A stretch of DNA of 64,000 bases from contig CAVSHN010000008.1 of the NCBI GenBank assembly GCA_963727755.1, forward strand, positions 541,156 to 605,155, in the 5' to 3' direction. This document shows positions 10,637 to 21,651 of the stretch, one piece after another; position 1 is the first letter of the stretch; each line of letters begins with the position of its first letter. The notes beneath the pieces are model-generated. The model was not told the DNA's origin. It saw only the letters and a program-made list of their open reading frames with translations, and ran no database searches. The translations under genes and the position numbers were made by a program. The stretch comes from an uncultured Chloroflexia bacterium (GTDB lineage Bacteria > Chloroflexota > Ktedonobacteria > Ktedonobacterales > Ktedonobacteraceae).

Positions 10637-11852
10637 ATGATAAATACAAAGCGTGCCATGATGGGAACAACGCTTACATTAAATACAATGAAAGATCCCG
10701 ATCCCGAGAAGCCGTTCGACATCGTTGGGCAATTGCTTGCGAAGGATATTGATTATACTCCAGAGGATGAAACGGGCTCAGCTAAAGATGAACAAGAGTT
10801 GGAGGAAGATTTGGGAGATCTCGAGCTCAGGGCCCCTTGAGATAGAAGAGATTAGCGATATACACGAAGAGCTTAGTCCCGTACCAGCCTCTGAGCTAGA
10901 GGTTGATACCTTGCTCCAGTTGCCAACAATTGCTACGGCTACAGAAGGAGAACACCCTGTTCGCCGTACTGCCATGCGCCGTCGGCGTTCAGAAGACCAA
11001 GATGAGAACACCATTAATCCTGCCGATGCAGGCGAGTCAGATGCAGTAATGACCTATCTACGTGAAATCGGGCGGGTTCCGATGATCACGCACGATCGTG
11101 AAATTGAACTAGCCCAAAACATAGAAGCTGGTGATCGCGAGGCAATGAAACAATTTATCCTCGCAAATCTTCGCTTGGTAGTTAGCATTGCTAAACGCTA
11201 CGTTGGTCGTGGACTGACTCTGCTGGATTTGATCCAGGAAGGAAATATTGGCTTGATCAGGGCCGTTCAGCGCTATGATTGGCGTCGTGGCCATCGGTTC
11301 TCCACCCATGCAACTTGGTGGATTTGTCAAGCCATTAGCCGTGCAGTTGCCGATAAAGGGCGTACTATCCGTCTTCCCGTCTACGTCAATACCGCTCTTA
11401 ATCGCATTCGCCGCGAACGCCAACGCCTGTTGCAGGAGTTAGGACGCGAGCCAACTGAGCAAGAACTGGCCGAGGCTACTGGCTTAGATCCTATCCGTAT
11501 GGTCGAGTTGCAATCTGCACCCGGAGCACCTGTCTCGCTGGAATTGCCAGTTGGTGAGGATGAAGAGCAAGAGTTAGGTGATGTGCTCGCTGATACTGAA
11601 TCAGCTTCACCAGAAGATCTCGCTACAACACAAACTCTCAAGGACGAAGTACAACGCGTTCTAGAATCGGTACTCACTCCACGTGAACAGCTTGTCTTAC
11701 AACTTCGTTTCGGTCTAGGCAATGGTCAGGCTCACCCACTTGAGCAGGTTGGCCGAGAACTGGGTATCACTCGTGAACGAGTGCGTCAGATCGAGGCCGG
11801 AGCCCTAGCCAAACTGCGTCAGCCTCCTGTGCTCGATCGCTTACGCAGCTAA
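10637..11852 (+). CDS. RNA polymerase sigma-70 family factor (RpoD/SigA-like), frame interrupted
   Basis: Regions 1.2-4 are clear (YLREIGRVPMIT, DLIQEGNIGLIRAVQRYD, THATWWICQAISRA, RERVRQIEAGALAKLR). The acidic N-terminal region sits in ORF 10595..10840 and the rest in 10725..11852. They join by a 1-nt change in the CCCC run at 10834-10837. Start proposed at 10637 after GGAGGG. Confidence 0.8.
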
Positions 11853-12141
11853 TTCTGCCCTTACATGACATGGACAAAGACCTCCGGCAGGGTGTATTTC
11901 CTGGAAGTGCATCCTGCCGGGGGTCTTTGTGCGTGCATTGCCTTTCAAGCCATCAATAGATCGGGGTATTTCTCGGTTAGCAGGTCGTGCGCCTTGCGCA
12001 GTGCAACAACATAGTCTTTCATCTGGTAACGCCATAGTGCGCTCAAGGTTAGCCAATGCATGACTAAATTTTGCAAAAGCCTAAACTGGTCTAGCATCGC
12101 TCATAGGGGTAGCGCTACGCAAGCTGTCAGCTTACGTAGCG

Positions 12142-12466
12142 CTACCCCTCATACAGTGTCAGCCCTTCTTCCACGATGCTTTGTTGTAATAGCAGATCAG
12201 CATGCTCAAACTGCACTAGGCCGATTTTGAGGAGAGTAGGCACTCGATCGTCTTCCACATCTGCTAAGCGACAGATGTCTAGCCATTCCCTGCGATCTTT
12301 GACACCGACCACTGCCATATCAATGTCAGAAAAAAGTGGTATGTGTGCCCTTTGCTCGTGGACCGAAAAGAATGACTTTCTGCACGCTTGGGAATGTACT
12401 GATGTACTCCACCAGCTTGTTAATAGCCGGATGGAAGGTGTTGCTCTTCTGCGATGTATTCATCAT
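12142..12466 (-). CDS. Minimal nucleotidyltransferase (MNT/MntA-like antitoxin), frame interrupted
   Basis: MMNTSQKSN...VILFGPRAKGTHTTFF then SDIDMAVVGV... in the next frame. The break is an A6 run at plus-strand 12330-12335. The track's 12176..12511 plus-strand ORF is antisense to it. Confidence 0.5.
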
Positions 12467-12567
12467 GAGAAAATCCCTTTCGTATATCATATCACACTTC
12501 TTCTGTTATAGGAATGCTATGCAGGTCAGGTCATCACTTTGTGGATTAGCAGCCATTTCTTTTCTCC

Positions 12568-12921
12568 TTACTGTTCTCTAGAAGAGTATTCCTGAATAAG
12601 CTGTTCTATCTGCTTCTTAAGTATCGGCAATGCGTTTACTACTGTATCCCAAATTCTATTAAAATTTATGCCAAAATACTGATGAATGACAACATCCCTC
12701 AAACCTGCCATTTCTTTCCATGGAACATCTGAATGCTTCTTCCTGAATTCGTCGGGAAGGTTTTTCGTTGCCTCTCCGATAATTTCAAGTCTTCTGACAA
12801 CAAGGTCTTGCTTCTCTACAGATGTATGAAAATACTCTTCTGTTACCCCTTGCACATACATCTCTATGAGATTAATCGATTCCAAAATGCGCGTGAGAAA
12901 AACGATTGGCTCTTTTTTCAT
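12568..12921 (-). CDS. HepT-like (DUF86) toxin of a HepT/MNT pair
   Basis: 117 aa with the Rx4HxY motif (RDVVIHQY). Overlaps the upstream MNT gene by 4 nt. Confidence 0.7.
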   Translation of the reverse strand: MKKEPIVFLTRILESINLIEMYVQGVTEEYFHTSVEKQDLVVRRLEIIGEATKNLPDEFRKKHSDVPWKEMAGLRDVVIHQYFGINFNRIWDTVVNALPILKKQIEQLIQEYSSREQ

Positions 12922-13439
12922 AAAATTGGATACTGCGATGCTAGAATAGAGTCCTTCAAAAGTGGATGAATTCCCCCATACTCAACTACATCGACCTTCC
13001 TATGCAATATTTCCTCAATAGCTTGTTTTATCCCAATCAAATCAAAAAGCGTTTTGCCCCTAGGAAGATCAACAAGAACATCAATATCACTATTTTCGTT
13101 GTTATCTCCCCTTACATATGATCCAAAAAGTGCGGCTTTTTTCACTTCTGCCTGTTCAAGTACTGGTAGTATTTTTTGTACTATTTGTTCCAAAGTTAGC
13201 TGTTCCATTACACCTTCGCTGTACTCATTACGAATACTTTCACGTGCAAAGTTGAGTACCGCAACAATTTGCTCGCGTGTTAGTTGGGGATACTCATCAA
13301 GCAATTTCTCAATGGTATAGCCTAGAGCAAGCTGTTCAAGGACGAAATCCACACTGATGTATGTGCCTGCAATACAAGGCTTACCAGATGCGATGTTGGG
13401 ATCAATACTAATATACTGGTTATCAATCATAATGAGCAC
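12918..13439 (-). CDS. DUF433 domain fused to a minimal nucleotidyltransferase (MNT antitoxin-like)
   Basis: N-terminal IDPNIASGKPCIAGTYISVDFVLEQLALGYTIEKLLDEYPQLT is DUF433-like. C-terminal GSYVRGDNNENSDIDVLVD is the GSx9-DxD nucleotidyltransferase motif. Confidence 0.7.
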   Translation of the reverse strand: MLIMIDNQYISIDPNIASGKPCIAGTYISVDFVLEQLALGYTIEKLLDEYPQLTREQIVAVLNFARESIRNEYSEGVMEQLTLEQIVQKILPVLEQAEVKKAALFGSYVRGDNNENSDIDVLVDLPRGKTLFDLIGIKQAIEEILHRKVDVVEYGGIHPLLKDSILASQYPIL

Positions 13440-13493
13440 CTCCTCATCTAAATGATTACACTATCGAATCATAACATGTCAATCATTCCTGTC

Positions 13494-16042
13494 CTTACTT
13501 CTTTCCACCAAGATCGCGTGCAACAGAAACCACGCCTTTGATTCTCTCCAAGCGCATGAATAGGCGATGTAATACCTCTAGCTCAGTAATCTGTACCGTC
13601 ATAGTCACAATGGCAGTATCCCGATTGGCCCGACTACTGATCGAGAGCAAATCAGTTCCAATGTCACCAATGACAATCTTAATATCCCGTACCAGGTTTT
13701 TCTCGTTTCGCGCAACAACTACAATAGATGCAAGATAGTGCTGTTGACTTATTCCCGACCAATCTACATTAATTAGCCGTTCACCATCCTGAGTCCGAAT
13801 ATGAGTTATATTATGACAATCCGCACGGTGGACAGATTACCCCCTTGCCACGACTGACAAAACCAACAATGGCATCACCCGGCAAAGGACAACAACAACC
13901 CGCCAGCTTAGATAAAAGACCACTGACTCCAGCCACCTCCAACTGAGCTGTAGCCACTTTAGTGGTGACGGCAGGGAGTGGACGAGTGTCTTGATCTTCC
14001 TTCAGTTCTCTTGTTTCTTTCCCTTCGCGCTGCTGCCAGTATACAAGGAGTTTCACAACAACAGGATGAGGACGCATATCATCTGAACCAAGACTTGCCA
14101 GGATGTCCTCAAATGACTCGAGATGGAATTCGCTACAGAGCATATTCTCGGCATCTTCCGTGATAGCCTCTACACCACGAGGGCCCACAGCCTTGAGTTC
14201 ACGATCTAACCGTTCACTCCCAATTTGGATATTTATAGGCCGTTCGTGAAGCTTAATGTAGCGCCGAATTTTGCTCTTGGCTGTAGCCGTACGGGCAAGA
14301 CTCAGCCAATCCCGCGTCGGATGTGCCGTACGATTGGTGACGATATCAACAATTTCTCCGCTCTTCAATTCGTAATCAAGTGGCACCATACGCGCCACCA
14401 ACCGCCCTCGATCCTCGCCTTCTTCTATCGTCGGTGTAATAATACGCGCACCAGCACATTTCTCACCAATTCCAGAATGAATGCGATAGGCAAAGTCAAG
14501 CGGAGTTCAGCCAACTGGTAGATCTTTCACTTCGCCTTTCGGCGTGAAGACAAAGATCTGCTCCTCAAAAGCATCATCCTTGCTGCCCACATCAACCAAT
14601 TCGCTCTCGCTCGTATTGGCAGTACGCAGATCTTGCTGCCACTTGGCAAGTTGCCGCAACCAACCTAGTAACTCTCTCGCAGAGGCAGAAGCAGAGTCAC
14701 CAACATCTTTGTAATGCCAGTGCATAGCAACACCATACTCTGCCATTTCGTGCATGGCATGAGTACGAACCTGAATTTCTACAAGTTGGTCATCCAGACA
14801 GAAAACAGTTGTGTGTAGAGCACTATACCCATTGGGTTTAGGATTGGCAATAAAATCTTTGATACGCCCATCCTTTGGCTTCCATAGGCTATGCACATGA
14901 CTCAACACAACATAGCAATCAGTCGTCGTATCAACCAGGATACGAAAAGCGATCAGATCATGAATCTTGCTGATATCAGCCGCCGCCTTGAGCTGTTCAA
15001 AATCCTCAACCTCACTAATTTCGCGTGCAATTTTTCGATAGAAACTATAAGCATGTTTCACACGCCCAGAAACTTCCGCTTTGACTCCGATCGCAGCCAT
15101 CTCTGAGCGCAAGAGACCACAGACATGCTCAACATACGACCTCCACTGCTTACTCTCTTCCTCGATGATATCGCGCACCCAGTTATACTTCTCGGGCTCT
15201 AGAACCTCAAAGGCTAGGTCCTCCAGCTCACACTCTACGCGTGACATACCCAGCCGTCCCGCCAGTGGAGCATAAATCTCTCGTGCTCCCTGCGCTGTGA
15301 CAAGCACCTGTTGCTGATCACTTGGATATATTTTTTCACGTATAAGGCGCATAGTATACAAGCGATATGCAAGTTTGAGGAGCACAACTCTGGGGTCATC
15401 CGCCATTGCTACAAACATCTTGCGAACAGCCTCGGCTTGTTGGCGACGCATTGCCTCCCGTACACGCGGCTTTTTACTTTCCACATTTGAGGCTATGCCA
15501 GCATCATTTTGCTCATTATAAATCTTCTTATGGCTTGCAGCTTGCATATTCTTAATCGTCGCCATTGCACCAGTTGCTGCATTTTGCTTTTTACGTTCCA
15601 AAATATTGAGCCGAGCCATACTGTCAATCACACGTGCGGTAGCTCTTCCCAAGACACGCTCGACCTGCTCAATAGTCAAAAGTTCAGCATCTACCGCTTC
15701 AAAGATCAAGCCAGCAGAAATACCTATTGCATCGACATGCATCATTTGAGCTAGAATGGTTGTGACGGCCAGAGCACGTTCCACGCGAGGCAGGAGATGC
15801 ATCTCTTCTACGCCCTGGCGACAGCTATCTAGCGATAACCGAAAAGCCGCAACTACCATATCTACCTCCTGGACATTCATGTATGGGGATACCAAGTCCA
15901 GGAGTTGCTCCATTGCACTCTGGTAAGGATCTTCTGTGATGTGTTGTTCTATCGATCTATCATCTATCATAGACTTTTTGGCTATGAAAAGGTATACCAC
16001 CTCAAGGAGAGAACAGTTGACCTGTAAGGCCACCTCCAACAT
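13494..16042 (-). pseudogene. RelA-like long RSH paralog with degenerate hydrolase motif and several reading-frame lesions
   Basis: Synthetase domain is intact (DLIAFRILVDTTTDCYVVLSHVHSLWKPKDGRIKDFIANPKPNGYSALHTTV). The HD motif is replaced (FEAVDAE versus HDVVEDT in the neighbour). There is an in-frame TGA at 14497-14499 where the paralog has Ser (PVG*TPLD). Around 13812-13850 the conserved GKGVSVHRADCHNITHI only appears in a +1 frame between two compensating indels. An ACT domain follows, ending GGKK. Confidence 0.6.
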
Positions 16043-16186
16043 ACAAATACAACGACTCTAAAGGATCTTGTTCAAGGCCTAAAGATTGCACAGCAACCAA
16101 AAATACATACGCCTACTTAGTATACGTTTCAAATCGGCTCTTGTTAGATCTAACTGACTCACCAGTAGGAAAAATGGGGACTCATT

Positions 16187-18640
16187 CTATTTGCTCGAAG
16201 CGCGTCCAACATCAAGCACCCCTTTCACCTGGCGTAAACGACCTTGGATGCGCTCGATTTGATCAAGAACTCCAGATTCAGAGGGAATCTCCAGGGTAGC
16301 TGTGATCACCGCTTTTTGGGTTGTAGTATTACTCGTCGAAGTTACTGATGTCATATTTACGCCAGCATCAGCCACAACCGATGCCACATCACGCAATAAA
16401 CCTGCACGATCATAGGCTATAATACTGATCGGAGCAAGATAATACTCCGGCTGGATTTGTAACCAGTTAATCTCTACCAGGGCATGCGTATTACCTCGAT
16501 TGCGATGTAGCTTTTGACAGCCATTGCGATGCACAACCATCCCACGATCGGGAGTGAGAAAACCTACAATCTCATCCCCAGGGAGAGGGCAACAGCATTG
16601 CGCTAGATGAACCAGGATAGTACTCTCACCATCTTTTTTATACAGGTTGCGCTCACTCCTCTTCACCCTATCCTTCTTATCTTCCTGTGTGCCCTGCTCA
16701 GTGCCAAATCGCTTAGGTAAAAGAGGCAATAAATGCTCCAGAACGGGCTCAACCTGGAGTTCCTCACGACCTAGCGCTAGATAAATATCTTCAACGGTTG
16801 CATATTTTTTGAAGATTGAGTCGGCAGCAATCTCTTCAGAGCACAAGCCAACAAGCAACTCCTCAACCATTTCATTAACACCTTCAGTCCCGGAAGCTTT
16901 TAGTGCCAGGGATAGCAGCTCACGACCCAGTTGGACATTAATCTGATGCTCATACGTTTTTAGATAGCGCCAAATCTTGGTGCGTGCCGCAGCCGTACGC
17001 GCGAATGAGAGCCAGTCTCGTGTTGGATGAACCTCGCGATTGATAATGATATCAACAATCTCCCCGCCTTTCAGCTTATAATCAAGCGGCACCAAACGCG
17101 TCACCAGACGACCACTGTCATCCATGTTTGAGATAATGCGTGCGCCCGCACAATGATCACCAAGGTCTGTATGAATGCGATAGGCCATATCCAGAGGAGT
17201 CGAGCCAACTGGCAGATCTTTCACTTCGCCTTTTGGTGTGAAGACAAAGATCTGCTCCTGGAAAATATCTCCTTTGACCGCTTCCACAAATTCGTCAGCC
17301 CCCTCCTGGGGTAAGGAACGCTGCCACTCACGCAACTGCTCAATCCAAGTAACCATCTCCCGATATGATAAACGCCAACTCGCTGGAACAATCTCCTCAT
17401 CGGGCAATTCTTCTTCTTCCTGCCCCATACGATCCTTCAGGTACCAGTAACTAGCAATGCCATAGTCAGCTGTACGCTCCATATCATGGGTGCGAATTTG
17501 AATCTCAGCTAAGCAATTATCCAGGCAAAAGACCGTTGTATGCAATGATTGATAACCGTTGACCTTGGGAATGGCAATAAAATCCTTGATACAACCATCT
17601 TTAGGACGCCAGAGCGCATGGATATGCCCCAGAGCAAGATAGCACTCATAGTCTGTATCGACAAGGATACGAAATGAGACCAGATCATGGATCTGACTAA
17701 GATCACTGCCATCTTGCGATGATGGCAGATCCTCCAGTTTCCGATGAATACTAGCCAAATGTTTCTGCCAAGCCATGATCTCAGCATTAATACCCGCCCG
17801 CTTCATCTCTGTATGCAAGGTACGCTGAACTTCACGAATAAAAGGCAGACGCCTTTTCACTTCTTCTTCAATTTGACGAGCAAGACACTTATATTTCTCC
17901 GGTTCCAGATAACTGAAAGCAAGATCCTCCAGATCCGCCTGGACCAGGGACATCCCCAGACGACGCGCTAACGGAGCATAAATTTCGTTGGTTTCACGTG
18001 CCGTATTCTGTTGTTGGGCAGGAGACATCACTGCAAGCGTACGCATATTATGCAAACGGTCAGCTAGCTTCAGGACTACCACACGTGGATCTTCTGCCAT
18101 CGCTAACAACATTTTACGTACAGTCTCTATGCGCAAACGACGTTTATCAACCAGTGAAGGGGGAGCAATTGGGCCATCTTGATCATCACCTGAAATTGGC
18201 TTATTGGATAAAGCTAGTGCATTGAACTTTGTGACACCATCTACAATATTGGCTACAGCTAAACCAAATTGGTCACGCAGATCATCTACTGAATAGTGGG
18301 TATCTTCAACAACATCATGCAAGAGAGCAGCTACAATACCTTCCGCATCGATACGCATGGCCGCTAGCAGCAAAGCAACCTCTAGAGGATGCTGGATATA
18401 GGGCTCTCCAGAACGTCGCAGAGCACCTTTGTGAGCCAAGAAGGCAAGATCATAAGCACGTTTGATCTGCTCAATATCCTGCTCTGCAAGATATTGCCTC
18501 GTTTCTGACAGCAAATCCTCTAAAGTCAGTTGAGAGGGCGTATCCCCTACTCCCAGATTCGTTGTTGTCCCGACTAGAGGTAACACTGCCTGAAACCGCT
18601 CGGCATTATCAACAACCTTATCAAAGTTGGTAGCCATCAT
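16187..18640 (-). CDS. rel: Bifunctional (p)ppGpp synthetase/hydrolase Rel (RelA/SpoT homologue)
   Basis: 817 aa. HD domain (HDVVEDT), synthetase domain, TGS, the CCCPLPGD zinc-finger region and a C-terminal ACT domain are all intact. Confidence 0.9.
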   Translation of the reverse strand: MMATNFDKVVDNAERFQAVLPLVGTTTNLGVGDTPSQLTLEDLLSETRQYLAEQDIEQIKRAYDLAFLAHKGALRRSGEPYIQHPLEVALLLAAMRIDAEGIVAALLHDVVEDTHYSVDDLRDQFGLAVANIVDGVTKFNALALSNKPISGDDQDGPIAPPSLVDKRRLRIETVRKMLLAMAEDPRVVVLKLADRLHNMRTLAVMSPAQQQNTARETNEIYAPLARRLGMSLVQADLEDLAFSYLEPEKYKCLARQIEEEVKRRLPFIREVQRTLHTEMKRAGINAEIMAWQKHLASIHRKLEDLPSSQDGSDLSQIHDLVSFRILVDTDYECYLALGHIHALWRPKDGCIKDFIAIPKVNGYQSLHTTVFCLDNCLAEIQIRTHDMERTADYGIASYWYLKDRMGQEEEELPDEEIVPASWRLSYREMVTWIEQLREWQRSLPQEGADEFVEAVKGDIFQEQIFVFTPKGEVKDLPVGSTPLDMAYRIHTDLGDHCAGARIISNMDDSGRLVTRLVPLDYKLKGGEIVDIIINREVHPTRDWLSFARTAAARTKIWRYLKTYEHQINVQLGRELLSLALKASGTEGVNEMVEELLVGLCSEEIAADSIFKKYATVEDIYLALGREELQVEPVLEHLLPLLPKRFGTEQGTQEDKKDRVKRSERNLYKKDGESTILVHLAQCCCPLPGDEIVGFLTPDRGMVVHRNGCQKLHRNRGNTHALVEINWLQIQPEYYLAPISIIAYDRAGLLRDVASVVADAGVNMTSVTSTSNTTTQKAVITATLEIPSESGVLDQIERIQGRLRQVKGVLDVGRASSK

Positions 18641-18799
18641 CTATAACCTGCTGCTCCACTTTCCTGGGCCGAGTCTGGTCAGTGACACTCTACCTCAAAT
18701 TATACAACAACGAGCACTCAGAATATGTCTATAAGAAAGGCCATTTATAGTCTACACAAAATAGACGAATAATGCAAAACAAATGTTACAGTTAACGAC

Positions 18800-18836
18800 C
18801 CAAAAAGCCCCGTCCATCTATGGCGGGGACTGTCAA
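18800..18836 (-). terminator. Rho-independent terminator for the zinc-ribbon gene
   Basis: Minus-strand reading is ccccgccatagatggacgggg followed by ctttttgg. Confidence 0.45.
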
Positions 18837-19014
18837 GACTGCCTTTCAATAGCAAATCAATGAGAAGCTATGGCAGAGCACACCAATTTCCTAATGTCAA
18901 GCAACTATCCCAAAGAAATATGCTTAACAATGATATAAAGGCAAAGCCAAGAACACACCTTGGCTTAGCCTCTTGGATCTTGATTGGGAAACGCCAGCAG
19001 ATTGATAGCGTCAA

Positions 19015-19320
19015 TTAATCACGGGCAACACGTACTTTATCATAGCAAGGGCTACAATAGACGGGGCGATCATTCTTAGGCAAGAACGGCACCTGCGTCT
19101 CTGTACCGCACTCTGCACACGTCACCGTGTACATTTGACGTGGGGCACGCTCACGACCTCCTGAACCGCCACTCGCCTTACGGCGGGCCTCCCGGCACTC
19201 AGGGCAACGGCTTGGCTGATTTATCAGGCCTTTTTGCTGGTAGAACTCTTGTTCGCCAGCTGTGAATACAAAATCATTTCCGCATTCACGACACTTTAGG
19301 GTTTTGTCTTCGAAGCTCAA
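19015..19320 (-). CDS. Zinc-ribbon domain protein (four CxxC pairs)
   Basis: CRECG...CPECR and CAECG...CSPC, 101 aa. Confidence 0.6.
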   Translation of the reverse strand: MSFEDKTLKCRECGNDFVFTAGEQEFYQQKGLINQPSRCPECREARRKASGGSGGRERAPRQMYTVTCAECGTETQVPFLPKNDRPVYCSPCYDKVRVARD

Positions 19321-19891
19321 CTAGGGACCTCCTGTATGATATGTCGGTAATCCTCCAGGTCCATCATGACTCCTTTGTGGGTACCTCTGGATTTTATCCA
19401 TAAGGGAGGAAAAGACATCTTAAGCAGCAGATGCCCCAGTTTTTTACTCCCCCTACCAGTATTGGGGTTCTTAGCACCCCAGATAAGCACTGTATCAGAG
19501 AGAGGACTCCTGTGCCCATCCCCCAAAAAGGGAAATTCTATTTCCCCGCATCTAATGATGGGAGTCTAGGCCGAGTTATATAAGACCGAGATGGGATACC
19601 GCATTAAAGCATACACTATCCTTTAGCGATTTGCAAGAGTTTTTTCAGGACAATTCGTTGTTTACCCCCTCATTTTTAGGTATTTGGTAGGATAGACCAG
19701 ATTGCGAGATCTACATAATACACAATACGTGCAACAACAGGTAAATTTAGCAACGTTAGAGGCGATTAAGCATGCACATACCTCTCATCTCGCACACATT
19801 CAGCTTTCCTCTTCAGAAATGTCTGATAGTGGAATTTTTGACGGTACCAAGAGATCAGAACCAGCTTTTTTCCCTGCTACTCTGAAAACTT

Positions 19892-19940
19892 GTTTCCTTG
19901 TAATGTCAACCTGTAAGCCATTCTCTTATAATGTCAACCT
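19892..19940. repeat. Direct repeat taatgtcaacctgtaagc in two copies, 26 nt apart
   Basis: Seen directly. Lies upstream of the paralog array and may be an operator. Confidence 0.5.
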
Positions 19941-20019
19941 GTAAGCACAAGGCTCTTGTCATGCCAACCGACATCTATTTTCCAATGAAAAGTTAAAAAA
20001 GTGTATAGTTTATACATTG

Positions 20020-20048
20020 ACAAAGATAGATGATTTTATGTATACTTA
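20020..20048 (+). promoter_or_regulatory. Strong sigma-70-like promoter TTGACA-N18-TATACT
   Basis: Near-consensus hexamers, ~190 nt upstream of the first array gene. Confidence 0.45.
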
Positions 20049-20149
20049 CCACGAGATACTCGATCTGCCAAACTTGGCAGCTAAGTAATAAATACTTTAT
20101 AAAGGAGGAGGTACGCATACCAACTTTTGATTTTCCTCTTCTGAAATCT

Positions 20150-20239
20150 TTCACTGTTTCGTGTGCATGAGAGACGTTTAGACGTTGAGACATTTGAGCA
20201 CATACCATTGAGATTTATTCTCCAGCAAAGGACAAACTC
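20150..20239 (+). promoter_or_regulatory. Conserved ~90-nt promoter/leader module, first of five copies
   Basis: GTTTCGTGTGCATGAGAGACGTTTAGACGTTGAGACATTTGAGCACATACCATTGAGATTTATTCTCCAGCAAAGGACAAACTCATG recurs at 20930-21029, 21560-21654, 22240-22331 and 23275-23364. It contains AGACGTT direct repeats and a candidate TTGAGC-N16-TATTCT promoter. Confidence 0.5.
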
Positions 20240-20746
20240 ATGATACCAAGAGAAATATCAAGATCAAAAGATGTAGCTGCGAATTCAACAGGAAAATCAG
20301 GAAAATCAGGTCCAAGACCTTGGGAATTAGATCAGTACATATACAAAGAGTCGTCAAAAGACGATGGTGGGCCGTCACACGGTGACCCAAGGCTCGAGTT
20401 CGCACTGCAAAGTTACGATCGGCACCAAACTGACAGCGACTTCAGACCCTCTGATGACTACGGATATGGCTACCCTGTCTTCGGCACCATGCCCGACCTC
20501 TCTGCTCGCGCTTCCTCCGCTAGCGAGTTGGGGACTCTGGCAGGGGGGGAGAGGTGGGATGAACTGTGGAATAAGTCACTAAAAGGATTAGAATGGGAAG
20601 GCTCTGAGAAGTGGAATCGAAAGTGGGATGTTGGAATGCGCCACCGCTTGTCATCTAAAGACACAGATAGACAATGGAATGGCTCTAAGCAGTGGAAGCA
20701 AAAGTGGGATGATGCAACGAGTTGGGGACGCACATATGGGAAATAG
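20240..20746 (+). CDS. Small acidic protein, tandem-array paralog 1 (conserved N-terminal ~100 aa, Trp-rich repeated tail)
   Basis: Shares GPRPWELDQYIYKE...DPRLE...QTDSDFRPSDDYGYGYPVFG...GTLAGG with the four paralogs. Tail has WxxxW repeats. Confidence 0.55.
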   Translation: MIPREISRSKDVAANSTGKSGKSGPRPWELDQYIYKESSKDDGGPSHGDPRLEFALQSYDRHQTDSDFRPSDDYGYGYPVFGTMPDLSARASSASELGTLAGGERWDELWNKSLKGLEWEGSEKWNRKWDVGMRHRLSSKDTDRQWNGSKQWKQKWDDATSWGRTYGK

Positions 20747-21026
20747 AAATGCATCAGGGACAATGTGAAATCAAAAGTGGGATGCCGGAGCTAGTTATGG
20801 ACGCTACAATTTGTCATCTGAAGACTTGAGTAGACAATGGAGTGGCACTAAGAGGCTGTGTGCAAAGGAAAGAGCAACGAGCCCAATCGTCCACGTTGCT
20901 TGATCAGGGAGCCGAAGCCTTCGTTTTCTGAAATTTTTCACTGTTTCGTGTGCATGAGAGACGTTTAGACGTTGAGACATTTGGGCACATACCGTTGAGA
21001 TTTATTCTCCAGCAAAGGACAAACTC

Positions 21027-21440
21027 ATGATGACAAGAGAAATATCAAGATCAAAAGATATAACTGCGAATTCGACAGAAAAATCAGGAAAAGCAGGCCC
21101 AAGACCTTGGGAATTAGATAAGTACATATACAAAGAGTCGTCAAAAGACGATGGTGGGCCGTCGCACTGTGACCCAAGGCTCGAGTTAGCGCTGCAAAGT
21201 CACGGTCAGCACCAAACTGACAGCGACTTCAGACCCTCTGATGACTACGGATATGGCTACCCTGTCTTCGGCACCATGCCCGACCTCAATGCTCGCGCTT
21301 CCAGAGCAAGCGATCAGGGGACTCTGGCAGGATGTTGGAAGAAACCAAAAGTCCATCAAATTATTCGTTTTCCTATTCCTGATACTGCTAATCCTACCCC
21401 TGATTCTACTGCTACTTCTACTCCTACTGCTGGTAATTAG
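21027..21440 (+). CDS. Tandem-array paralog 2 (Pro/Thr-rich tail)
   Basis: Same conserved N-terminal region. Tail is PIPDTANPTPDSTATSTPTAGN. Confidence 0.55.
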   Translation: MMTREISRSKDITANSTEKSGKAGPRPWELDKYIYKESSKDDGGPSHCDPRLELALQSHGQHQTDSDFRPSDDYGYGYPVFGTMPDLNARASRASDQGTLAGCWKKPKVHQIIRFPIPDTANPTPDSTATSTPTAGN

Positions 21441-21651
21441 GATGGAGGAGAGAGAGCATGTTTAAAGATTTGTGTGAGCAGTTTAGCGTAAAGAGTGAGC
21501 AGATCAACCATTAATGGCAGCGCAGGCCGCTTCTGGCGCGACTGACAAAGCAAGATTCTTGTAAAATGTTTCGTGTGCATGAGAGACGTTTAGACGTTGA
21601 GACATTTGAGCACATACCGTTGAGATTTATTCTTCAAGAAAGGACAAACTC

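Noticed and set aside
12176-12581. Plus-strand ORFs 12176..12511 and 12336..12581
   Set aside because: They run antisense to a recognisable minus-strand nucleotidyltransferase gene and have Cys/Ser-rich composition with no domain.
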